From Oopsacas minuta (taxonomy: Eukaryota > Animalia > Porifera): 64,000 bases of DNA. The notes beneath the pieces were generated by a model. The model did not search any database. It was not told where the DNA came from and saw only the letters and a list, made by a program, of their open reading frames with translations. Both the position numbers and the translations under genes were made by a program. The stretch spans positions 1 through 64,000 of the forward strand of contig JAKMXF010000334.1 of the NCBI GenBank assembly GCA_024704765.1, read 5' to 3'. Within the stretch, counting starts at the first letter, position 1; each line of letters opens with the position of its first letter. Below, piece by piece: positions 41,773-52,800 of the stretch.

Positions 41773-44700
41773 ATGGATGACCAGAATACAAGTGTCGAAT
41801 ATATTTCTGATAACGAAAACGCTCCACAAGAAGAGACAAACTCATTCCAGAAATCAGAATTAGGCGATTTGAGATTGTTAGCTAAACAGAATAAGTTTTT
41901 AACTTTGCATAGAGGTCATGTACAATTCCATCGGTTGCTCCGTATGATGTTAAGCATCGTATGTTGTATATTATACATATCACAGACTTGGTTGTCCCCC
42001 AGTCATTATCCGTACCCGTCGTATTGCTGTGGTGTTGCACAATACACTACACAGCCTTGTGTATTAGACAGTTACAAGAACAGGACCGTAGGCTGGGCCA
42101 TGAAGCGAGCTGGTTGTATTTACACGAACAATCTTTATAAAGTGTACCCAGACGCTAGTGCACAATATGTGTTAGCGAATAGTAGTGAGGTTAGTTTCTC
42201 TGAATATACGAATGGCCAGTGTAGATCTTATTGCAATAAGGGTATTAACTGTAGTAACGAAATTATACAATTGTGTCATTGCGCAATTATGTGTGGCGAT
42301 ACACTTTTCTGTGGAATATATGAGCCAGAAGATTGCAATGGTTTTAACTACTTGAAATTAATCTTCTATGAAAAGCCCCTTTGGTTGTACTTGCTGCAGA
42401 TCGTGTGTTCATTATTGGCTACTTCTTATGCAATTGTTCGGTCTGTATTGTTATGGAAACGTGGACTATGGATTACAAAAATAATCGACGGTTATTTTAT
42501 AATAGATTGTATAAACGGTGCTCTGTCGCTTTCCAGTTTAGCATACGTACCGTGCTTTAAGGATGTCTACATACCATTGTTCCTACAGTGTTTCACTGCT
42601 AGAATCATTATAAATAACATTCTATACAGTTTTGACGTCACTAATAGTCCAAATAAACTCCTGACACCTGTTATACAAAAAATCATAGCAGCTCTATTAG
42701 GTTTGGCTTGTATTCTATTTTCATTTATTTGCCTAGTGCATTATCTCGAGAGAATTGCCTGTCCTCAGTCATCGCATGTTACAACACTTTTCCAAAGCCT
42801 ATGGTTTGTCGTGGTAACCATAACAACCGTGGGGTATGGTGACAAATACCCGAGCACACCACTTGGACAACTGGCAGTTATTTTCCTCATCCTAATAATT
42901 CTCCTATTCCTGCCACAAACCTTGAATGATATTTTGGAATTGATCGACGACTCAAAACAAAATTATAAATTTTATAGCGGTCGTAAGAAGAACAAACACG
43001 TAGTACTATGTGTATCCAAACTCGACATGACATTATTAAACGATTATTTGGATGAGTTCTACTCACAAGAGGAAAACGTGTCACTCGTCACTGTCATATT
43101 GACGTCACAACCACCTACTCCACTTGTTAAGATCCGGTTGAGTAGTTCATTATGGAAGAAAAAAGTTTTAGTTATTGTCGGTTCGGCTCTGAAACAACGT
43201 GATTTGGAACGTGTAAAGTTGGAGTTAGCGAAAGCGTGTATTCTTCTGTCCGACCGTACGACAGACGATGCCCAGTTTTCAGATCAAGAAACCATTCTCC
43301 GTGCTTCTTCTATACAGCGTTTAGCCCCGCATGTCAATCTGTATGTCCATATATTGAAACCTGAAAACCGTATGAATGTAAAGTTCGCAAACCAAGTTGT
43401 TTGTGAAGGCCAGCTGAAACAAGTTTTAATGGCAAATAATTGCATATATCCCGGGCTATCTTCGTTCGTAACACTTCTTCTACGTACTACTTCTCCTGGT
43501 CAAGCGAAAGATAGGGCAAGTTGGCAGAAGTTGTATGATTATGGCTCTGGAAATGAGATTTATGATATAAAGCTGAAAGATAGCATGCTTTTTAGTGGTT
43601 TAGCTGGACGGAATTTCTTGTTTGCATCTGTAATAATTGTACGTACTACACAGGTGTTACTTTTCGCAGTAAAACCCGCGAATGAAACTGAGATATTACT
43701 CAATCCAGGTCGACACCATATTTTACAAAATGAGGATATTCTCTACTATATTTCACAAGACAGAGAGGAGGAAATGTTGGTGGAAGGAGGGATTAGCGAT
43801 GAAGAAATCGGACGTTTGGGCAAGATTTTCATGCCCGGCGCTCCTGGTACTGTAACCAAAGGGAACGACACGTTATCTCGTGTAGCATATGATAGTTGTC
43901 TAAGCGATTCAATACAAATTGATGAGATTAATGTTTCAATAGATCAATCTAGAGATATGAGTCGAAGGGAAAACAGACGTAGTTTGATAAAACAGAGAGC
44001 AATATCACCAGAACACGACGTAGAACCTGGTAAAGTCGAAGAACAACCACAAGGGAAACTCACTCCACTGTTGAAATCGTTAACAATCGGACATAACTTC
44101 AATCCAATTCATTTCAGATCAGATCATAATACTGAGAAAGGATTAAAGCAAACAGATTTCCACGGTCGCATGTCTACAATGCTACGAGACAGTGCTCAGA
44201 CTTTTGAATTACAAAGCTTAGTTGATACAGAGCAATGTGCTAGAAATGAGATTCTTGAGAATTTCTATAATCAAGATTCTGAGACAACAAATATTTCTGT
44301 TAATCAAGTCCCAACTTATTTTGGTGTTAAAGAGAGAGTCCGCCATCTGAACAAAGAACCTCTCAGCTTGTGCTGCCTACAGTCTGGCTGGAAAATCCCC
44401 TGTCACGATTCGGAATTCACAGCTGTCAAGAAAATCCAACAACCAGATGACGTTGAGCGCATGCTATTCCTAACCGGATATAAGAATCCGTTAATTGTCT
44501 GCGCTAGTGAATCCGGCTCACAGCTATACGAATTTCTATTACCCCTCAGAGCTTATCATATCCCCAGAGAAGAGTTAATACCAATCGTACTGTTACTACC
44601 TAGCATTCCTGATACAGCATTCCTCGAGGCTATATCCTGGATACCATATATTAAGTTCATAATTGGTAACCAAGATTCTGTGGATGACCTTATAATAGCT

Positions 44701-46218
44701 GGAGCTCTTGATGCAGTAGGGATTATTATATGTCTAGGTGATGGCACTCCAGAATTGAAAGAGGAAGGCAATATGGTGGATGCAAGTCGCATCAGTACCG
44801 CTCAGAAAATGTCACAAATATTTGTAAGCACAAAGTTCTACGTTGAGTTGACAGAGAGATGGAGTATGCGATATTTGAAACTAGAAAGTGGACATTCGTT
44901 CCATACTCTGATGCCTAAAAATATAAGAGATTTTATACATACACCCTATTTCATGTCGAGCCAAGCGTTCGCACCGTCTATGATGGATACACTTCTCTAC
45001 CAGTGTACGCAGAAAGATTATATCCTTGATTTAGTCTGCTTATTGCTTGGGTTAAAACAAACACCTGGGTCTGGGTATATTGGGAAGTTTGAAGTCACTC
45101 AATCAGATATTGATACTTATCAAACATACGGACGATTAATGCTGAGCTTGGCCAATAGTACAAATGATTTACCACTTGCAATATACCGTACGCGAATAGT
45201 AAAAGTTAAAAATTCATTGGAAAAAATGAACTACGAATATGAAAGTACTAAATTATACTTAGCAAAACGTGCGCGTAACTTGAAAATATTTGATCAAATC
45301 CCAGATTATCCAACAAAATTCGAACACAGTCACATTCTAGTCAACCCCCCAGTAAACACGCCATTGAGACGTAAAGACGTTTTACTAGTGCTTAAGGTAT
45401 GCTCACAAGAACAATACAATATTATACATAACTTTAAGTCTCCGACAAGACGCGCATTCCTATTGCCTCGAGATTTATCCGGTTGTAGTGAGGATAGTGA
45501 TGACGAGCCTAAATTGGCTGCATCTCGTAAGAGACTGTCTTTTAAGAAAATAAACCCTGGTTTCCAAAAGAAGGATTTTTCAAAGAAATTCTCAGTTTCA
45601 AGTTTCAGAAAACGCTCACATAAATCTACCTACATTGGCAGTCGTTTCCCAACTGAGGTGCCGCAGAGAAGGGGAATTTATGAAAAATCGCATAGTTTCG
45701 ATATTGCCATGTTTGAGCGGCCAATGCTGGAGGATATTCGAAGACAACACTCTTTGGATGTTACTTGTCCAAGCAAGAACAAGTCGCACTTTTCCTTTGG
45801 AAGACAGCATTCATTGGACGTTACTCGGCATAATGAGAATAAGTCGGACATTTCAAGTAGTCCCAGTGATTTAGATTTTATAGAAATAGTCGATAGGAAG
45901 GAAACATGTAATGAAGAAGTGAGGAACAAACCTTTTCTATTAAAATCCCCGCGAGCACAAAAACAGCCAGGTAAGAGGCAAGTTCGCAAAACGCCTGCTG
46001 TAAAACAAAATCCTCCATCGAAACAATTTGGAATTGCAGGAATGTTTCTCAAGAAAACTCCAAAACCGATTCAAATGAAAAACAGACGAGCAGTAGTAAA
46101 CAAACAGAAACCTGCCATGAAACGGATGATGTATGCTAATTCCGCATCGGAAAGACCTGAGATAACTATAACAAGTATTGATATGGAAACACAACATTAT
46201 TCTGACCTGAACGATTAA
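41773..46218 (+). CDS. KCNT: Slo2/KCNT-family potassium channel, 1481 aa, single exon
   Basis: S1-S6 helices, pore LWFVVVTITTVGYGD, RCK1 KHVVLC and SGNEIYDI, RCK2 PYFMSSQAF, and ILVNPPVNTPLRRKDVLLVL. Confidence 0.9.
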   Translation: MDDQNTSVEYISDNENAPQEETNSFQKSELGDLRLLAKQNKFLTLHRGHVQFHRLLRMMLSIVCCILYISQTWLSPSHYPYPSYCCGVAQYTTQPCVLDSYKNRTVGWAMKRAGCIYTNNLYKVYPDASAQYVLANSSEVSFSEYTNGQCRSYCNKGINCSNEIIQLCHCAIMCGDTLFCGIYEPEDCNGFNYLKLIFYEKPLWLYLLQIVCSLLATSYAIVRSVLLWKRGLWITKIIDGYFIIDCINGALSLSSLAYVPCFKDVYIPLFLQCFTARIIINNILYSFDVTNSPNKLLTPVIQKIIAALLGLACILFSFICLVHYLERIACPQSSHVTTLFQSLWFVVVTITTVGYGDKYPSTPLGQLAVIFLILIILLFLPQTLNDILELIDDSKQNYKFYSGRKKNKHVVLCVSKLDMTLLNDYLDEFYSQEENVSLVTVILTSQPPTPLVKIRLSSSLWKKKVLVIVGSALKQRDLERVKLELAKACILLSDRTTDDAQFSDQETILRASSIQRLAPHVNLYVHILKPENRMNVKFANQVVCEGQLKQVLMANNCIYPGLSSFVTLLLRTTSPGQAKDRASWQKLYDYGSGNEIYDIKLKDSMLFSGLAGRNFLFASVIIVRTTQVLLFAVKPANETEILLNPGRHHILQNEDILYYISQDREEEMLVEGGISDEEIGRLGKIFMPGAPGTVTKGNDTLSRVAYDSCLSDSIQIDEINVSIDQSRDMSRRENRRSLIKQRAISPEHDVEPGKVEEQPQGKLTPLLKSLTIGHNFNPIHFRSDHNTEKGLKQTDFHGRMSTMLRDSAQTFELQSLVDTEQCARNEILENFYNQDSETTNISVNQVPTYFGVKERVRHLNKEPLSLCCLQSGWKIPCHDSEFTAVKKIQQPDDVERMLFLTGYKNPLIVCASESGSQLYEFLLPLRAYHIPREELIPIVLLLPSIPDTAFLEAISWIPYIKFIIGNQDSVDDLIIAGALDAVGIIICLGDGTPELKEEGNMVDASRISTAQKMSQIFVSTKFYVELTERWSMRYLKLESGHSFHTLMPKNIRDFIHTPYFMSSQAFAPSMMDTLLYQCTQKDYILDLVCLLLGLKQTPGSGYIGKFEVTQSDIDTYQTYGRLMLSLANSTNDLPLAIYRTRIVKVKNSLEKMNYEYESTKLYLAKRARNLKIFDQIPDYPTKFEHSHILVNPPVNTPLRRKDVLLVLKVCSQEQYNIIHNFKSPTRRAFLLPRDLSGCSEDSDDEPKLAASRKRLSFKKINPGFQKKDFSKKFSVSSFRKRSHKSTYIGSRFPTEVPQRRGIYEKSHSFDIAMFERPMLEDIRRQHSLDVTCPSKNKSHFSFGRQHSLDVTRHNENKSDISSSPSDLDFIEIVDRKETCNEEVRNKPFLLKSPRAQKQPGKRQVRKTPAVKQNPPSKQFGIAGMFLKKTPKPIQMKNRRAVVNKQKPAMKRMMYANSASERPEITITSIDMETQHYSDLND

Positions 46219-46845
46219 GAGCATTATATTTGTTTAGAACATATATATGTATCTCCCTTTAATTAACATTGATTATTGATATAGAATAATATGAAATAGC
46301 TGTAGTAGAGAAATCTTGGATTGATTACCTCTCCCTGTAACCGACACATTGGGATTGCCTATTGTCCTTTGTAGGGAGATATCCGCTTCTAGGAGATTGA
46401 TTAAGTATTACGTACAGTCTTGCTTGAATGATAAATTATTTTCATTAAAATATTAACATTTATTGTGCGAAAGGTCACAGAGAGGCAAATTCTCACTGGT
46501 TATCCTTGAGTCTCGCGGATTTTTGGCTCCTAAACTGTACATTTTGATGCCAAATCCGAATCTCAAGCATTTTTAGGATGGATCTGATCGGTTGGTGAGT
46601 GGCCAGGTTGGCATCTATGGATGTCGTGTTGCAAATTTTCCCTGAACATCTTTCTCCAACAATAATTAATAGCCAATTACCATGAGTAGTTCGAACACAA
46701 CCAAGGGTTAAAAACGAAAAACATACATAACTTTCCACTCAGATTAATACTGAGCCTTATAACTAATGTATAGTCAGCACAGTAAAATAGGGTTTCTTCC
46801 CAACAAAATACATTTTCTAATCCATATACGTACATAATTAAAAGT

Positions 46846-49800
46846 ATGGCAATTAGTATGAGTAGTGAAATGAATGATGCTGATATAGAGATGTTGTTTG
46901 GAGAAGATCAGGAAGGTTTCAATCTTGAAGAGATGCTCATGTTTCCAGAGGAGGTTGAAGTTGCATTAGAAAAAGTTAGTTCCAATTGGCCTTATATTTC
47001 AATACATTTATTACTATTTTATGTTTTCTAATTATTCATGCTAGCCAACCTTTAGATTCCACTAAATGACTGTCCAGGTTATTTCTGGTTTTCTCATTTA
47101 GGCGTTCAGGGATTCACTGCACTTATCAATGCATATTTCTCACCAACTATTGCATAAATATTTGGCATTTCTGCCTCTTAATGATTTTAAAGTTCATCCA
47201 CGCATAATTTACATCTTATTTTTGTAATTATTTATGGATTCCTTGAGTTTCCCCGAATTTATTTAATTAGCCATTAAATGGTTCTCAACGAGCTTAGCAT
47301 CAGGAAGAGAAATTCTGATGTTTACAGGCAAAAGTATACTAAGAAATTGACAGGCATGAGTTGGCAGTTAGCAGTCATGCGTATGTAAAACAGCTACAGT
47401 GGATGGCGGTTATAAGAACACAGGATATACGTTGAGCTGCCATCCTCTGGAAAACTTTTCTCATATAATTCTGTATATTTTATACTGGTTAAAGAAATGT
47501 CTTACTAATTTGCTACTCGCAAGGGCGTTCTTATAGCCAGCATCCACTGTAGTAGTTCAATATTGTAAAATACACAGATTCCGATGCTAATAGTATTGAT
47601 AAATTTGATTTATTCCATAAGCAAGGCACTGGCCATCCGAAATTAAATTAAATCCAGTTCTCACCAAACCATAACTAATAGAATTACATATTATTTTTAT
47701 ATTTTCCTTGACTTTCGTAAACAATGGACATTTTGGGAATCATCACTCATGGCTAGCAGTCGACAATCTGAAAGCAACGAAAACGAACAATTGGCATTCT
47801 CACTAGAAACCTATCCACTAGTTATCCAACCGCCTGATCATTCACCTGAACTTATCCTTGTCGACTCGATTGATGAGGATTTTGATTACGACAACCCCCG
47901 AAAACGTAAGCACCCTGTGAACCCGATTGAATGCTCCCAGGTAGTTGTATCTCCACCCAAACCAAAATTAGATACATCAGCAGAACTCGATTCTTATTGT
48001 TGTTCAATTTGCTATGAACCATGGACAACTACTGGGATACATAGATTAGTGTCATTGAAATGTGGGCATCTTTTTGGGGAGAATTGCATCGACAAATGGT
48101 TGCGTCAGTCAGCACAGACCTCTGAGAGGAAATGCCCTCAGTGTAAACGTCTCGCAGCTTTCAAAGACATTCGACCAATCTACGCAACAAAACTTGTAGC
48201 AGTTGATAATTCTGAATTAGCATCTGCACAGAAACAGGTTGAGTCTGAAAAAGCTAATACAATTCAGGCCAAAAAGTCTGAAACGAATATGGCTCTCAAA
48301 TACCAGCTTTCTAGAGCTGAATGCGAACGTTTGAAATTACAAGTGCTAGAACTTGAGGGGAAATTACAAAATAAACAAATCATTAACGATGAAAGTGACA
48401 GTCAGGAATCGGAGATGGATTTAGTGAGTTGTAAAGATGACTCAAAAATGGAATTAGCTGTCTCGAAAATCAAAGAGCTTTCCCTTTCCTCATCAGGAGG
48501 TTGTCGTATTTTAGAAATCAGTTCATCTCTAGGTATGATTCTCGTATCACGTCCATCCACTTCATTATTATTCCGTGGTTGCGGACTGGCTAAAATAAGC
48601 ACACGAGACTTGAAGGAATATCAATTCGTTCCTGTGCATAGTAATGTTATTCGTGACGTCAAATTTTGTCCAAATAAGGAAGATTTGCTGCTTAGCGTTT
48701 CAACTGATAAAACTGCGAAACTTACCAGTATTATTACCAATTTGAATGTATCTAGCTATGTGCTATCCGCACAGTCTTGGGCATGTTCATGGGATATTGA
48801 AGATCCGAATTATTTCTACGCAGCTCTGAATAACGGTAAAATTGAACAGTTTGATATTCGACTGACTAACAGTTGTGTAAAAACTCTATCCATTGGTGTT
48901 TCAAAGCCAATAACTTCAATTTGTTCTGTACCGCCAGCGAATGTTGGTGGGATTCTTGTAGCGACTATTGGAGGGTGTTATTTTCTTGAGAAACATAATG
49001 TGGACAATTTCACATCTCTCTGTTTACCTGATTTAACTGGGAATTGTACCAGTGTGACCTATGACCATGAAAATGCTAAATTTCTCGCTTCATTCCGTCC
49101 AACGTTGACAATGCCGATGACACGACATGTGGTGTGTGAATTCTCGCGATATAATCTCCCTTCGCAAGCCACAGACACTTTGATTGTTTCAACACACCTT
49201 CATCAATTTACAGGTGGCTCCAGCCAGAGTGCACTTTCTAGATCGCAACTTTTCACACCTGTTTCTCGGCCATCTCGCCTATGTATCGCATTTGGTGACG
49301 AATCAACGCGCTCACTCGAAATCTGCGATACTTCAAATTCGAAAAAACTAACATGCTATACTAGTAAAGCAGTAGTTGATGTCAAATCTTATTTCAATAC
49401 TATTGCAGCTCTCACTGATGAAAAATTGTTTATTTATGAATTGAAATAATTACATACCAATCGTACTTATTAGAAACTTTATGGACTGATTGTTCTCTAT
49501 ACTCTCAAATTAGACTTACCTCAATTATCAAATTTTAATGAAATGGTGATGTGTATTTGAAAATCCTGTTTAGAAATATGTGAGTATTCTATATTAGTAA
49601 ATACAGTAAGACCGCCACAAACGAGGGCAATAACCCCGAAAATTGTTACCGGTTTTCGTTAAACAATCCCACTTTGTGGAAGTTCATTTATATGGCACTA
49701 GGAATTCGCATTCTAAATCACAGGAGAATACATTGGTACATTCTGTAAGGGACAGGTTAGTATGGCTTCAGGAATAGCGATAAGTGATGAGGATGTGTAT

Positions 49801-52800
49801 ATCAGTGATGCACGACTCCATTGCATATTTGAGTTTAAATTACCGAATTTCAAATTAATAACTAGAGTAGGAAAGGTAGGATCTGGTATGGGAAGTTCCT
49901 TTATCCTCGTAGCATCACCATAGCTCATAACGAGGACATATTTGTTACTGATAGTCATGACAACAGAGTTGTTGTTATGACACCTAAACTAAACTATAAA
50001 CATTCCATTACACACAGCTCCATGACAAGACCATATGACGTCAAACTACTGGACGATAAGGTTTACATTCTGAGCTGTAAAGACAATCCTTGTCTCCATC
50101 TATTCAATCTTACTGGTGAAAAGCTCCGTTCATATATTTCATGTAGTGAGCAAGGCAACGAACAAGTTATGCAATGTCATTCATTCTGTTTCGATAAGAA
50201 ACAGAATATTATAATGGGTGACTGTCGTGCTAATAACATAAAAGTGTTCACTCAGGAAGGAGTTCTGCTACACACACTGGGAGATACTCAAGAAGAATAC
50301 AAGAAAATCTACTCTGAGGGCATTGTAGTTACCAATGATAACAAAATTATTTGTAGTTCTCATTGTACTATCTTTGCATACACATTTTCTGTAACTAATT
50401 TAATCTATCAAAAGCTCCCTAAATAACAATTGTGTAGCAATGGTATCTATTACTATGGGCTTCTAACAAGGTATCACCAGGATACCACAGTTATCAGCCT
50501 ACGAATATATCACAGATACAAATCATCAAGTTTATAGCTCTTTTCAATACGATTCGAATAATACGTATCATTAATTTTACAAACACTCTTCACTTTGCTT
50601 GCTCGCGATCAGTTCGTATCCTATCGGTTGCTTCCTAACTGTATTTTATTCCCCATTAGATTTGGTGTTATGGTTGTCAGGATTGAAATTAGTTTCGATT
50701 ATTCCTCTTAATCAATTCTTTAATGTCTTAGAGCACGTTTGATTAACATGAAAAATACAAAAAAGTAGAGTATTACAATACAATTTTAATTCTAAGTTCA
50801 AAACTTGAACAAACCTAAGAAATTCATTACTGTGTCTGTCTGAGAACTGCCCTACACATCCTCACTAAATTTCCGCTATTTTTCTGTTCCCATTTGGCCG
50901 CAGCTATATTCAAAGCATTTTTGAATTCGCTTCTTTCTTCTCTACTTAAATACACCCAAAGACAATCGAACAAATCCTGAATGAATAATGGTTCAATGAT
51001 AATGTCGTGTTTAACTAAATTTAACTGTTTTCCAAAATGTATCATATACCGATTCCGATATTCATCATTATATTCATTGTGTAGTTTAGTTCTATGAGGT
51101 TGTTCTGTGTCTGGTTTCAAACTGAATCCTGTCAGGCAATGCACTCCATCATTTCGGCATTTCTCACATAGACTTGATAAGTGTGGTTTTTTCATCACCC
51201 AATCATTAGTGACATTTTCCAAATGATATACTTTTGTCGGCCATTCAAATAACCACATTCTTTACATTCTAACTTGTAACCTTGCCATGAATACCCAGAT
51301 GTCCATGCACTTCTACAATTCTCACACTTATAATGCCCGAAAAAACGCTTCGAATCTATACCATTCGCTAATGGTAGTGTTTCTAAATATCCACTCACAA
51401 TTTCAATGTTCTCTCCAGGTATACGATAGTATATTGGTATGAGTTGTGGTTTCCTTGATTTTCTGCTTTTTCTTGAACGACCTGGGTATCTACTTGCCAT
51501 TAGAATGTTGTAATTGTTGGAAGAATCTTGTTATTTTAATTCAAGAATTACAAAGCCTAATAATTAAATCTTAATTAACTCCTTTGTTCATAAAAATAGA
51601 ATTTTCTTACGTCCTTTTGTCCTAAAATTATCATAATTCACATGGCATGACCGCATGAGGTTCTTATTATTACATCACTGAATAATCATTTTCAGACAAT
51701 TAATATTTCCGATAACTAATGATACAGTCGAACCTCCAAGATCCAGGTACTTTTTCCAAAAAGTTTGATTTGACCATTTCCAGCTACTCTTCCTAAAATA
51801 GAGTTGTACTTCATGTCTGACACGTTTCTTAGTGACCACCAATTATAACCTCTAGTTCCGAGAATTCTTATGCATCTCGATATTTCATTATATGTCTACC
51901 ATTAATTAATAATGCATACTTGCCATCGTGAGTGAATAAAAAATCAGACAGAACGTACCGGGGCATTTCGGGACGTAGCATACCTACATTAGGTCAGACT
52001 CCAAAAAAACGGACATCTACTATTTTTGGCAAGCTTTGGCTGGACATTAGTCTCAACACATGTCCGAAAATCAGGAGAGTTAGCAAGGCACCCTCCAGAC
52101 AAACCTGTCCGGATCTGAGGTTCGACAGTACAAATCTCCCTGATACTCCAATTCCCCAGCTAAGCCATTGAATGTAAATATATTATTCAAAACAACTAGT
52201 TAATCTAGAAATGACTAAACACAAATGAAGTTAAGTATTACAAATACAATTATATGGGTAATTATTAATTCAAATCTAGTTAGAACTAAAATGAAACATT
52301 AACGTGTTTGTCTAAGTACATCCTTACAGATATCTGCTAAATCTTCTCTATTTCTTTGCTGCCATTTGGCCGCGGTTATTTTCAAAGCTTCTTTGAACTC
52401 GCTTTTATCCTTTTTATTTAAAGTATCCCAGAGATTATCGAATAATTCTTGAATGAATTGTCCTTCAATCTTAATCTCCTGCTTATGTAGACCCAGCTGT
52501 TTTCCAAAGTGTATCATAAACTGATTTCGATGTGAATAATCATCATCATTATGCAGCTTTGTTTTACGCTTTTTATCTGTGTCAGGTTTTAAAGCCAATC
52601 CAGTGAGACAATGTACTCCATCGTCTTGACATTTCTCACATAGACTTGATAAATGCGGTTTTTTCATTACAAAATCATCATCTTTATTTTCCAAATGATA
52701 AACTTTTGTCGGCCATTCAAACAAATCACATGTTTTACATTCTAACTGGTACCCTTGCCATGAATACCCAGATGTCCATTTATTTCTACAAATCTTACAT

